A DNA stretch of 61,074 nucleotides, counting the filler, from Gonapodya sp. JEL0774 (taxonomy: Eukaryota), in assembly GCA_027604505.1 (NCBI GenBank). It is 19 parts of 19 records of this genome, joined end to end, with 100 filler letters (N's around TTAATTAATTAA, not from the genome) between each part and the next. Parts side by side here need not be neighbours in the genome. Positions count along the whole stretch, not along the records: positions 12,952 to 16,080 come from JADIIX010001452.1; positions 16,181 to 19,304 come from JADIIX010001453.1; positions 19,405 to 22,526 come from JADIIX010001454.1; 16 more parts are not named here. One strand, given 5' to 3'. Made by a program: the position numbers and the translations under genes. Under the pieces are notes generated by a model. It worked only from the letters and a program-made list of their open reading frames with translations. It was not told the DNA's origin and searched no databases. Shown here in pieces: positions 13,030-22,400 of this stretch (position 1 is its first letter; every line of letters starts with the position of its first letter).

Positions 13030-16003
13030 ACCCTTTCCTCAAAGTATACCTCTGGGGATAACTTTTGCGCAAACGTCCATCAGCTCATTTGGAGGACGAA
13101 AACATCAATTTCGAGCCCATCGCGTTGGGTCCCGCGATTCTCAGCCTTCCTGTCGGTCTCGACTTCCTCTTCCTGACCCCCCCGATTGGAATCGACACCA
13201 GCGACTCATAGATTACCCCTCTGGCAGTCTACTGTCAAAATTTCAGCCAATTCTACGGTCTGGTTGGGGAGAAAAGTGGATTTTCGTTTTTTCTTTCTCG
13301 ATCATGCCTGGACCCTTGGCAACACCCCTGAGTGCCACACCACTCAGACCACCATCACCAGCGTTCTCTGAACGCTCTCAGCAATCTCAATTCGTTACAG
13401 GATTGGACACTGATTGGCAATGCGTGGATTCTGACCAGAGTTCAGACACCGGCACATATCCTGTAGATATACACGAATATCTCTATGACGACGCGATAGA
13501 CACAGCACCGGAGTTTTTTCGGATAGAGGCACACATATATGTGACCACTCCACACCATGAGAGGCCATGGTGTGGGAACTGCAAGGAAGGACTTGTCATT
13601 GAGGAAGATGATAAGGATTGGCATGCCGGGCGGAAACTGCCGCTTGAAAAACGTAAGGGCAAGTGGACATGGATCTGCATGCAGTGCAAACAGCAGTCAA
13701 GGATGGTGGACGACCTTCGCAGGTGTCTACCAAGGACCATGAAATTATTGGAGTATTGGAGCCGTCACTTCACGCGGATATTTGGCCACCCCCCATCTCT
13801 CCCTGGCGGCGGGGTTTGGGTAGATCCACGGAAAGAGAACGGGTGGAAGGGAGTGGATGGTCCAGCAGATGGGTTGGAAGTAGAGGAGGACACGGTTTGT
13901 GGGGACACACCACACATGAACGTGGACAAATGTTTGGATGACTGTGAAATTGCACAGGACCCCCAAATTCTCAAATGCGATATGCATTCGGACCTTTTGG
14001 TGGCGGGCTCAACGCCTGTCAATGAACTTTTGAAATCGGTGACTGTTGAACAGGGGGTACGGCAGGTGGACGCAACCACCCGTCTGGAACCACCAAATCA
14101 CACCACCAGCATGCCTACACGCATCGTTCCGGCTACCCAGATGTCCAGCAAGGTCTTGGAGTCTAGGGCGATGAACTTGGAAGATGCTGGGGATGGGGAT
14201 GGGGGGGGTGATCAGAACACCCCATCCACAACGCCAACTTCTCAGGAAACACTCGCGGTACCTCGGGACCACCTCTCCGAGGTTCGAAGAGATGCTTCGG
14301 TCGTTTTGGGCACAAGGATTGAAGGCCCAGCAGTATTTTTTGATTTGATGGACGATGGGGGGGGGGGACGTGCTCAGGACCCAAACTCACCCACCACACC
14401 CTCCCCAAGCCCTAAACCAGCATCGCCACCCACTCTTGCCACTCGACATACATTGATCAACAGTCGGGAGGTGATGGCGGGGTCTGAAAACGGAGTTGAA
14501 GCGACTGATACAGGTGGTGCGGAACAACACACATCTGGAGAGTCAACTTCAACAAAATCAACAATTAGGCCTCGGGACAACCCATTCGAGGATCGAACAG
14601 TATATCCTGACGTTGGGGTAGCGGAATGGGGCCTCAGCGATCGAAATATGGAAGTCATGATGGCGGGATGTGGGGACTTGGAGGTGAACGGGGCGGAACA
14701 CACCAGGTCACCTACCCCCATCGTGGAGGCAGCCAGAACCATCGAAATACAAATGGAAGTCAGTTCTGATGGCCAGGAGTCGGTGGATGGCCGTTTTGGG
14801 AGCAGTGTTGGTGGGGATGGGGGGGCTGGGTGTGACAGCGGGGTCGCACTCTCAGACACACCATCCACCATCGAGGATCTGAAGGCAACAGTCGCGCGCC
14901 TTGAGCGCGTCAATACAGAGCTAGTGACGCAAGTAGCTCATCTCACTTCGCTTGTGAATGAGTTACTCACTTCGTCGAAACAGCACTCACCACCACCCCC
15001 TCTCGCATTCCCCCCTCTTCGTTCGCCAACCTCGACCCATGCGGCGGAGACTCAAGAAAATCCGAGGGAGGGAAGAGTGGAATCTTGGAGTGCAGTCGCG
15101 CGACGACGACCAATACGGAAGGTGAGCGCAGGTGGGGGTGAAAGGGTGGAACGGGAGTCGAGGTCCCATACCCCGACATCACCAACCAGTGCTGAGCGAG
15201 CACCGGGGGACGTGTGCAGACGAAGCAGCAGGAGCCCTGCGAGGGAAGGGGCACCGATCGAGTTTGAGACGGCGTATTTGATTACGCCGTATATGGACCG
15301 ACTGAAGTTGACTCAGGGCGCATCTCGTGATGCTCTGATCAACAAGATACTGGAGTACAAGGGTATTCAGGACATGGTGTGTGCCCGCTCCCTTGCGCCT
15401 GGAGCTCGCTTACAGATTGTAGTTCGGAGGGAACTGGTGGAGGAGGTGAAGCGTCGGGTGATCATGGTGACACCTGACAAACCACGCAATTACCAATGGA
15501 TCGACTCAAAGGACATTACACCTCAGTTGATGCGTTGGGCAAATCGAGGACAGACCGAAGAGGAAGCAATTCGGGCAACAGGGCGAAGACTGGCGTACCT
15601 GTGCCGGAGATCGCGATCACGCAACTTCCACGAGACAGTGCTGCACGGAGCATCAGTTCGAGTGAGGAAAGCTGCGGAGGAGTGCTACGCTGAGATGATG
15701 GGAGATCGCAACGCTAAGCTTGGTCACTTGGGGAGGGAGTATGAGTACCATGTGCAGATGGGACCGGACATTGTGGATGTCTGGAACGTTGAACCACCTA
15801 TTGAGAGCGACGAGCAGGTCTCTTACCATTGTTTTGCAGAGAGCGCCAGTGAAATGCGCGAGTAGATGCAGATTGTGGACACTGCGTAGTAGCACAGTAG
15901 CTCCATGAGTAGTAGCCCGCCTGAGACAGACTTAGAGCATGCCCCGCATATCCGCTGTGGAGTTCACCACGTTAATAAACATACTGATAAAGTTAGGGTT
16001 AGG
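13030..16003 (+). mobile_element. Putative non-autonomous (ORF1-only) non-LTR retroelement associated with telomeric repeats
   Basis: Starts just after TTAGGGTTAGGT, carries one 853-aa ORF1-like gene and a short 3' UTR, and ends AATAAA...TTAGGGTTAGG. No RT or endonuclease ORF is present. Confidence 0.65.
13304..15865 (+). CDS. LINE ORF1/Gag-like protein (Cys4 zinc ribbon, disordered region, coiled coil, RRM-like C-terminal domain)
   Basis: Intronless, 853 aa. CGNC...CMQC; heptad coil IEDLKATVARLERVNTELVTQVAHLTSLVNELL; SWSAVAR (S[YW]A.V motif common in LINE ORF1 proteins); then an alpha/beta domain ending RRLAYL. Confidence 0.6.
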   Translation: MPGPLATPLSATPLRPPSPAFSERSQQSQFVTGLDTDWQCVDSDQSSDTGTYPVDIHEYLYDDAIDTAPEFFRIEAHIYVTTPHHERPWCGNCKEGLVIEEDDKDWHAGRKLPLEKRKGKWTWICMQCKQQSRMVDDLRRCLPRTMKLLEYWSRHFTRIFGHPPSLPGGGVWVDPRKENGWKGVDGPADGLEVEEDTVCGDTPHMNVDKCLDDCEIAQDPQILKCDMHSDLLVAGSTPVNELLKSVTVEQGVRQVDATTRLEPPNHTTSMPTRIVPATQMSSKVLESRAMNLEDAGDGDGGGDQNTPSTTPTSQETLAVPRDHLSEVRRDASVVLGTRIEGPAVFFDLMDDGGGGRAQDPNSPTTPSPSPKPASPPTLATRHTLINSREVMAGSENGVEATDTGGAEQHTSGESTSTKSTIRPRDNPFEDRTVYPDVGVAEWGLSDRNMEVMMAGCGDLEVNGAEHTRSPTPIVEAARTIEIQMEVSSDGQESVDGRFGSSVGGDGGAGCDSGVALSDTPSTIEDLKATVARLERVNTELVTQVAHLTSLVNELLTSSKQHSPPPPLAFPPLRSPTSTHAAETQENPREGRVESWSAVARRRPIRKVSAGGGERVERESRSHTPTSPTSAERAPGDVCRRSSRSPAREGAPIEFETAYLITPYMDRLKLTQGASRDALINKILEYKGIQDMVCARSLAPGARLQIVVRRELVEEVKRRVIMVTPDKPRNYQWIDSKDITPQLMRWANRGQTEEEAIRATGRRLAYLCRRSRSRNFHETVLHGASVRVRKAAEECYAEMMGDRNAKLGHLGREYEYHVQMGPDIVDVWNVEPPIESDEQVSYHCFAESASEMRE

Positions 16004-16004
16004 T
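15954..16004 (+). repeat. 51-bp direct repeat, copy 2 (hairpin + AATAAA + TTAGGGTTAGG)
   Basis: Identical to 12979..13029. The flanks differ on both sides. Confidence 0.97.
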
Positions 16005-16180
16005 GGGAGTTCCGCACCTACGTCGACCGCACCCATCCCCGTCGTTTCTGCCCCCCCCGTGGCTGACACCGCCCAAACAANNNNNNNNNNNNNNNNNNNN
16101 NNNNNNNNNNNNNNNNNNNNNNNNTTAATTAATTAANNNNNNNNNNNNNNNNNNNNNNNNNNNNNNNNNNNNNNNNNNNN

Positions 16181-16775
16181 CTACCCATCGGTGTCGGCGG
16201 TGTCTTGGGTAGAGTATTTCCGCCAACTCGATGCACTGAACATAACACCGAATCAGGGGATTCTTACTCGCGCGTGGCGGTCCCTTGACTTCAATATGAG
16301 CTGGGCAGTCAGTGACACTCAGGAATTTGGTAGTGAGCTGTTCTCTCTCCTGTCACGCCTTCCCCCCTCGCTATCAGTTCCGTCACTCAAGGGTGTCAAC
16401 GTGCGAATTTTCGAACGGATACTACGCCTGTTCGCATCCAGTTCTGTCACACACGGGGGGCTGTTCTTCTTTCCAGATACTGTCTTCGCCCGAGTGAAGA
16501 CTGCAGAAGATGTCGGCTTTGTGCTGGACGATTTAATTCTCGCGAGTGATCGCCGTGCTCTATTTCTTCGCGATTTTAGCATATACCATCTCGAAAAGAA
16601 CCGCCCTGCAGCGATCGTGTCCATTTTGCTGTTTGTGGAAGAGAAGCGTACCAGCTTCATACCGTTTTGGAACAGGGAACTCATTTACGAGTTCTTTGTT
16701 CATTGGTTATCGGATCGGGGCTCTGCAGAGCACGCGCTCAATACGTTCAACATGGAAGAACTGCAGTATAGATAG
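16181..16775 (+). CDS. Hypothetical protein, probably 5' partial
   Basis: Open frame of about 195 codons from near the contig edge, no known motif. Confidence 0.45.
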
Positions 16776-16834
16776 TAACGCTAAACAATATAGACGTGGT
16801 CATACAGAACGATCAATGATGTGTCTAGGCGTGT

Positions 16835-16920
16835 ATCCCCATCCCCATCCCCATCCCGGATGAGATTTCGAAAAGTTTCAGAATGACGAATCCTATGCCC
16901 ATCTACGTCATTTGCATCCA
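16835..16920 (+). repeat. (CATCCC)n / TTTCGAAA composite repeat, copy 1
   Basis: atccccatccccatccccatcccggatgagatttcgaaaagtttcaga aligns with the reverse complement of about 18486-18527. Confidence 0.7.
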
Positions 16921-17226
16921 TCTTACACGATGGGTCGTTTATTATGACCCTTGCTGTATGTACACTAAGTCAAGCTAGTTTGTTTCGGAGAAAGTCTGCA
17001 AAAGCGTCAAGACGTTCCGGTAGAGGTCTTATGGACAATGGTGCTCGAACGGCCAACCAAAAACTAAATTCTCTTTCACTCATTTATTTTCAATACCCAT
17101 GCTTTGTGATCTTATCCTTCGCAAATCTGAATAGTACGTGGGTGATGAATGTTTGGTAACTTCCAAGAGTGTTTTGTTTACATCCCACTTCCCTCCACTC
17201 CACTGGATTAAACATACTTTCGTTAG

Positions 17227-17346
17227 CACTCGAAAGCGCAGTACAACCTTGGAGTGTGCTACTACAACGGAGAGGGCGTGGCCAAGGACTTTGCCCAGGC
17301 GGTGGCGTGGTTTAGGAAGGCCGCGGATCAGGGGGATGCATCTGCA
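17227..17346 (+). pseudogene. Solitary Sel1-like repeat fragment
   Basis: HSKAQYNLGVCYYNGEGVAKDFAQAVAWFRKAADQGDASA is a near-consensus Sel1 repeat. It is preceded by ttag (possible acceptor), and no other Sel1 repeats are nearby. Confidence 0.8.
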
Positions 17347-18388
17347 ATGGCAGACTTGGCAGTAATCCACTCGGATTCGCGGAGGGGGCGCGGTGGTGCG
17401 ACAAGATCTCGGTATGCCGCAAGTTTTTCAAGCACACTAGAAGGTATCTCCGGGAGTTCTCGTTGGACCCGTTGATTCACCTGCTTACGCCGCATCGCAC
17501 GAACTGCGTCTCGAGATTGCTCGCGCGAAGACTTCTTATTCAACATCCATGATTCAACCACTCTCAAACGCTCTCTACACGAAAGTTGTCCTTGAGCGTA
17601 CTCACTCAGCCACGTGTCCAGACCTTCTTCATCCACCCCATTCTCCTTCTGCACTATATATGACCTGTACCCACGCTGCACATCAGCACGCAAGTACAAC
17701 TTATACTCAAAGTCCCGCCGTGAGCTGTATCCAGATACTGTAATATGTGGAAGACTGTCAACCATATACTGCAAATCCTTGCTCGACATGAAATCCATGG
17801 TCCCAATCTTGTAAGATCGAACCGTCAACGTCTTAAGGCACGATTCACACGCCCGAACTCGGAACTGCCAATAGATTTTGCGAATTCGCTGTTTCCCACA
17901 CACTTCGCAGCCCATATGCTCAACAAGGTTGACCAACATTCGACAAGATACACCATGGGGCAAGGCGAGGGTACGGGGGATACCAAGCCAAGCCTGAATG
18001 ATGTTCTCCTGTTTAACTATGATGTTGTCCATGGCCTTACACGACACGGAGAGATTAGAGACCGACACAATGTCAAGAAGAGACACTATACACTATGCAC
18101 ATGATCAGTTCGACAGGCAGGGTAAGCAGCGGCGTCGTTCCATCGAGAACAACGCTTCTGTTGCCCAACTGCAATTTCTGCTTCTTCTTCTTGCCACTCT
18201 GAGATGATATCGTCACTGTAAGAAAAACAAACTTTAGTGACTACTCGCCTATGGCAGACTTGTATGAGATAGTCACCATCATCAGCCAATGCCCGTTTTC
18301 TGGGGTTATAATGTGGGCAGAGCTTGCTTTGCGCACTCGCGTGGGTGGTTGCTTCGCAACGGCCGCATCGTGATGCAGCATCAGTCAT
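17328..18388 (-). pseudogene. Zinc-knuckle + F-box + CxxC protein gene, frameshifted by a 7-bp duplication
   Basis: Exon 1 MTDAASRCGRCEATTHASAQSKLCP; intron 18216-18276; F-box LLTLPVELIMCIV. The duplicated ACACTAT (18083-18096) shifts the frame before SLLDIVSVSNLSVSCK. Downstream: CEVCG...W.FRVRACESC. Confidence 0.72.
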
Positions 18389-18436
18389 GAATCGTTCGGT
18401 GATGGACTGATAGGCACTTTTTTATAATCTTATGTC

Positions 18437-18527
18437 TGGATGCGATGGGATCGGGATGGGATGGGGATGGGGATGGGGATGGGAGTCTGTAACCTTTCGA
18501 AAACTCTTTCAGGATGGGATGGAGATG
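18437..18527 (-). repeat. (CATCCC)n / TTTCGAAA composite repeat, copy 2 (inverted relative to copy 1)
   Basis: On +: GGGAT/GGGGAT run at 18445-18483, palindrome TTTCGAAA at 18495-18502, then further GGAT(GG) units. Confidence 0.7.
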
Positions 18528-18589
18528 TCGTTGCAAGTTCTCCCCCTACTGCACGTTCGTGGTCGTTTATCGTGACACTTCGTCTGTTT

Positions 18590-19303
18590 TTATTTCCTTG
18601 AGAAGCTCCCAATTTCCAATGCTCCCGACCTTACATTGTAAAATATCATAACGCATTTATCGACGCTTGGCTGCAAGGCGCCCCATCGCGAATACAGCTC
18701 CATCTGCGAACGGTGCTGCTTACTGAAATCGCTCGATGAGAACTTTGTCTCTAAGATGTACATCACTTGGTCGCGGAGGCCGTAAAAGTCGACACGACCA
18801 CTAACCAACCCATGATCGTGGGTATGTAACCGAAAATTTTCCGATGGAGCTACCCACTTCTCCACTTTAGTAATGGCCTTGATTTGCAGCACGGTATCTC
18901 GCACTGCACCTTGCCTGTCACCAAAATAGGCAGAGATCTCCAGCTTGGTCTCCTGTGCAACATCACTTCCATCGCGAATCATAGTTCGCCAATCGTCACC
19001 CCCGCTACCGCACAAGTAATGCTTAACGAGAGCTTCAGCCACTGTACCGGCAAGAATGTTTGCCGCTCCACTTGCAGTCCAACCAAGCTCAATAACGCCT
19101 GGGTGTGGACAAAGGCGGTGTTCAACTTTCCACGCGCCACACGCGACCACATCGGTATCAAGCATCCTTGCGACTGATGTCACGGTAAGCACTCCTTGAG
19201 AGGCTTCGCCGTGTTTCCATTGGAAGTCCTCACCCCAATCCTCCTCAGGATTTAGTATAACTCGCACTGCACGGACCTTTTTCACTTCTACTGAAGACGT
19301 AGA
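18590..19303 (-). CDS. C-terminal PD-(D/E)XK nuclease domain, paralog of the C-terminus of the 19405..22485 protein; 5' partial
   Basis: GRVDF...ILETKFS...H..QMELY. About half of roughly 200 aligned residues match the C-terminus of the next contig's ORF (counted by eye). The frame is open to the contig end. Confidence 0.85.
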   Translation of the reverse strand, partial: STSSVEVKKVRAVRVILNPEEDWGEDFQWKHGEASQGVLTVTSVARMLDTDVVACGAWKVEHRLCPHPGVIELGWTASGAANILAGTVAEALVKHYLCGSGGDDWRTMIRDGSDVAQETKLEISAYFGDRQGAVRDTVLQIKAITKVEKWVAPSENFRLHTHDHGLVSGRVDFYGLRDQVMYILETKFSSSDFSKQHRSQMELYSRWGALQPSVDKCVMIFYNVRSGALEIGSFSRK

Positions 19304-19404
19304 CNNNNNNNNNNNNNNNNNNNNNNNNNNNNNNNNNNNNNNNNNNNNTTAATTAATTAANNNNNNNNNNNNNNNNNNNNNNNNNNNNNNNNNNNNNNNN
19401 NNNN

Positions 19405-22400
19405 GACATCCGTAACAAAGGTGGCATGATAATAGCTCCGCCAAGTTCTTTCCACGTATCCGGAGAGAGTGATCGACGTTGTTACTCGTGGCTTGAAGGA
19501 AAGTCACCGTGGGATTGTGAGCTTGCCAAAATGCCTGACTGGCTCGTACAGTCTCTACGTGAAAGCGGAGGAGGTCATGCCGGTACCGCTAAACGGTGTG
19601 CCACACGATCCCATGTGCAGATCGAAGGCCCTGACTCAGTGAATACGCCAGATGCTGTCAAAGAGTTCATTGCGCAAAGCTGTGCCATTATGCCAACGAA
19701 TGTTGGAAGCACAAAATGGCTTGGTGATGGTGCTGGCTATGCTATTTCCACAAATGTGTTGGACTGCATCTTCAAGATGGCAGCGCACAAGAGCAACCGC
19801 CAGTTCATTTTTGTGAGCACTGGTGGGGACATGTCTCGCCGCTGTCATGATGGGGAGTGCAGAGACCGTTGTTGGGGCCAGCGTAAGCTCCCTGGAGAAG
19901 TGCTGCAAGCCATCCAGGGTTTGTTTACTTCGAAGGCAGTTGTCGACCCTGAGCTTGTTGAACTTGCTCGTAAGGAAGCTGCTGACCACTTGAATGACGC
20001 AGTCCCAGGAAACAACACCATGTCAATGGTGTTGAATTCTGACTCCAGTGGCTTTGAAGGTTCTCTCAAGAAATTCTATAATCGAGATCTGTGCTTCATG
20101 TGTGGAAAAGGGACATTGCTGGCCACCACAAACAGTAGAGGTCTTGCAATTTCCTGTGACAACGCTTCGTGTTCATTCAAAATGCCGGCAAGCGGGGGAA
20201 TCTCGATCCCCACTGAGAAGTACGCGAACCTGGGGAAGTTCTTCGTCATCATCCAGCAGTTGAACATTACAAATAACAACACGACGAACAACTTCGCGGC
20301 TGTAGGGCTGGAGGATATGCCCAGCCTGTTCTTGGGCGACGAAGTAGTCGTGCGTGATAATGCAGACCTCAATACTCTGATCCTCGATGCTCTTGACGGC
20401 AGTGACAGCACGTTGGCCCGATTGTTTGCGCATATACACCGGGGGCGCATAGTGTATGCAAGCGACGAGCGGTGGTACATCTTTCGCGGGCACCGTTGGG
20501 TGTGCGAAAAGGTTCCCAGTCTCACTGAGCTCATTGACGATCCGCTAACGTCTGAGTTTCGCCGAGTACTGAACGCGGCTGTTCCTGCATACAAGAAATC
20601 TGACGTGGGGAATAAAGAGGCAAAGATAAAAAGGATCCTGTCGACACTGCAGAGTCTCAAGAGCGACAGCAAACAAAATCTAATATTCTCGCAGTGTCGG
20701 AAGCGAAGTTTGCTTGGAGATACTGACGGGACGTTCCTGGAGAATCTGGACGCCAACCCATTATTATTGGGATTTACCAATGGCGTCTATGACCTCAAAG
20801 AGCATGTCTTTCGAGCTGGTGCATCGGAGGACTATCTGACCATGACTGTCGGATACAACTACAACCCCGCTCTCATGAGTGATATGCATTCCAGGAGTGA
20901 AGTTGAGCAGTTCTTTGATCAAGTCTTCCCCGACGCGGGCGTGCGCCACTACGTGCTGTTATTTTTAGCCTCCACACTGGAGGGGTACAACAAGGAGCAT
21001 CGTTTCCACTTCGCGCATGGGAGCTCAGGGCGGAATGGAAAAGGCGTGCTCATGAAGATCATGGAGCAGACACTAGGCAAATACGCTGTTTCCGTGAACT
21101 CCGCTCTGATATGTGGAAAGTCTGGTGACGCCAATGCCGCTACCCCGCAGCTCACCATGATGGTGAACAAGCGGTTTGCCTACATGTCTGAGGTTCAGGA
21201 GGGTGCGAGAATTAACGAGGAGCTGTTCAAGCGTCTCAGTGGCGGAGATCGCCTTCAGACGCGCGAGCTCTTCAAGGAGATGCGTGAAGTCGAGAACACG
21301 GCTAAAATGCTTATGTGTTGTAATGACATGCCCAAGATTGATGGAAGCAAACAGGCCAACGTGCCGAGGATAGTCATAATCCCATTCATGAGTCGATTCA
21401 AGGAAGGGGAGTGTGACCCGAAAAAGAATGAGTTTCCTGTTGACCGAACGCTTGAGACGCGTGTCAGTGGGTGGAAACACGCAATGATGGGGATTCTACT
21501 CGAATACCACAAAGAGTACAGCTGCAACGGTCTCGGGATCTTGCCAGAGGCCATGAAGAAGGTGAAGGCCGATTACTTGGGCGCAAACGACCCAAACTCT
21601 CTCATCGAGCAGTACGTGAAGGAGAGGCTATCCAACACCGGCGAAGGTGTCGGTACGGAACATTTGCTGTCCGACTATCGAAAGTGGGAAAGAGACTTGG
21701 GTGTCGCCCATCCTCATAGCGGTAAAAACCGACTCATGGTTCATTTCTTCGACAGACTCTTGATGAGTGATGACCAGATTCGTAAGGTAGATGGAGGTGA
21801 GAAGGTATCAAACATGAGAAGATATGGGAAAGAAAGGAAAGCAGGATATGCCGGATGGAGCTTTGTGGACTGCCAGCCATCCGCACCTCACACTGTCACA
21901 TCACTCGCTGGCCGGAACGGCGCATGTGCTATGTGGAATGTTGATCGCCAAATGTGCCTGCCTCCTGGAAGGCATAATATTGACTGGATGGAAACCAAAG
22001 AGGCATCTATTCTCGCTGGCAAAGTGGCAGAAGCCCAGGTCAAACACTACCTGTGCAGTGGGGTGGAAAATGACTGGCGCAAAGTGATGAGGGAGTGTAT
22101 GGATGTCACCTTGGAGACTCAGCGAGAGATGAACACATACTTTACCGAGCGTGAGGCCTCTGTGAGGGATGCTGTGCAACTGATCAAGAGTGTGACCAAC
22201 GTCATATCCTGGGTATCACCTTCTGAAAACTTCAGGATAGAGACATCAAACCATGGACCAGTTACCGGCCGGGTTGATTTCTTTGGTACCCGCGATACAA
22301 CGTTCTTCATCCTTGAGACGAAGTTCTCTAAAAGTGACGTGACCCCTGGAAACCGGCACTGTCGGCAGATGGAGCTGTATTCGCGCTGGGGTATATCCCA

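Noticed and set aside
14189..14368. G-rich runs (GGGGAT repeats, poly-G) as a regulatory G-quadruplex or a link to the contig-6 repeat
   Set aside because: They encode Gly/Asp-rich disordered protein sequence and lack the TTTCGAAA core.
12979..16004. LTR retrotransposon with 51-bp LTRs
   Set aside because: The repeats lack TG...CA ends and are very short. No PBS, protease, RT or integrase is visible, and the AATAAA plus telomeric stub fits a 3' tail better.
16857..16873. Hammerhead ribozyme-like core (CGGATGAG-attt-CGAAA; second copy CTGAAAGAG-tttt-CGAAA)
   Set aside because: Neither copy matches CUGANGA exactly, and I cannot build stems I and III. A covariance-model search would settle it.
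17328..18388. Fanzor/TnpB nuclease suggested by the N-terminal knuckle
   Set aside because: No RuvC motifs are present. The body is an F-box/CxxC protein.
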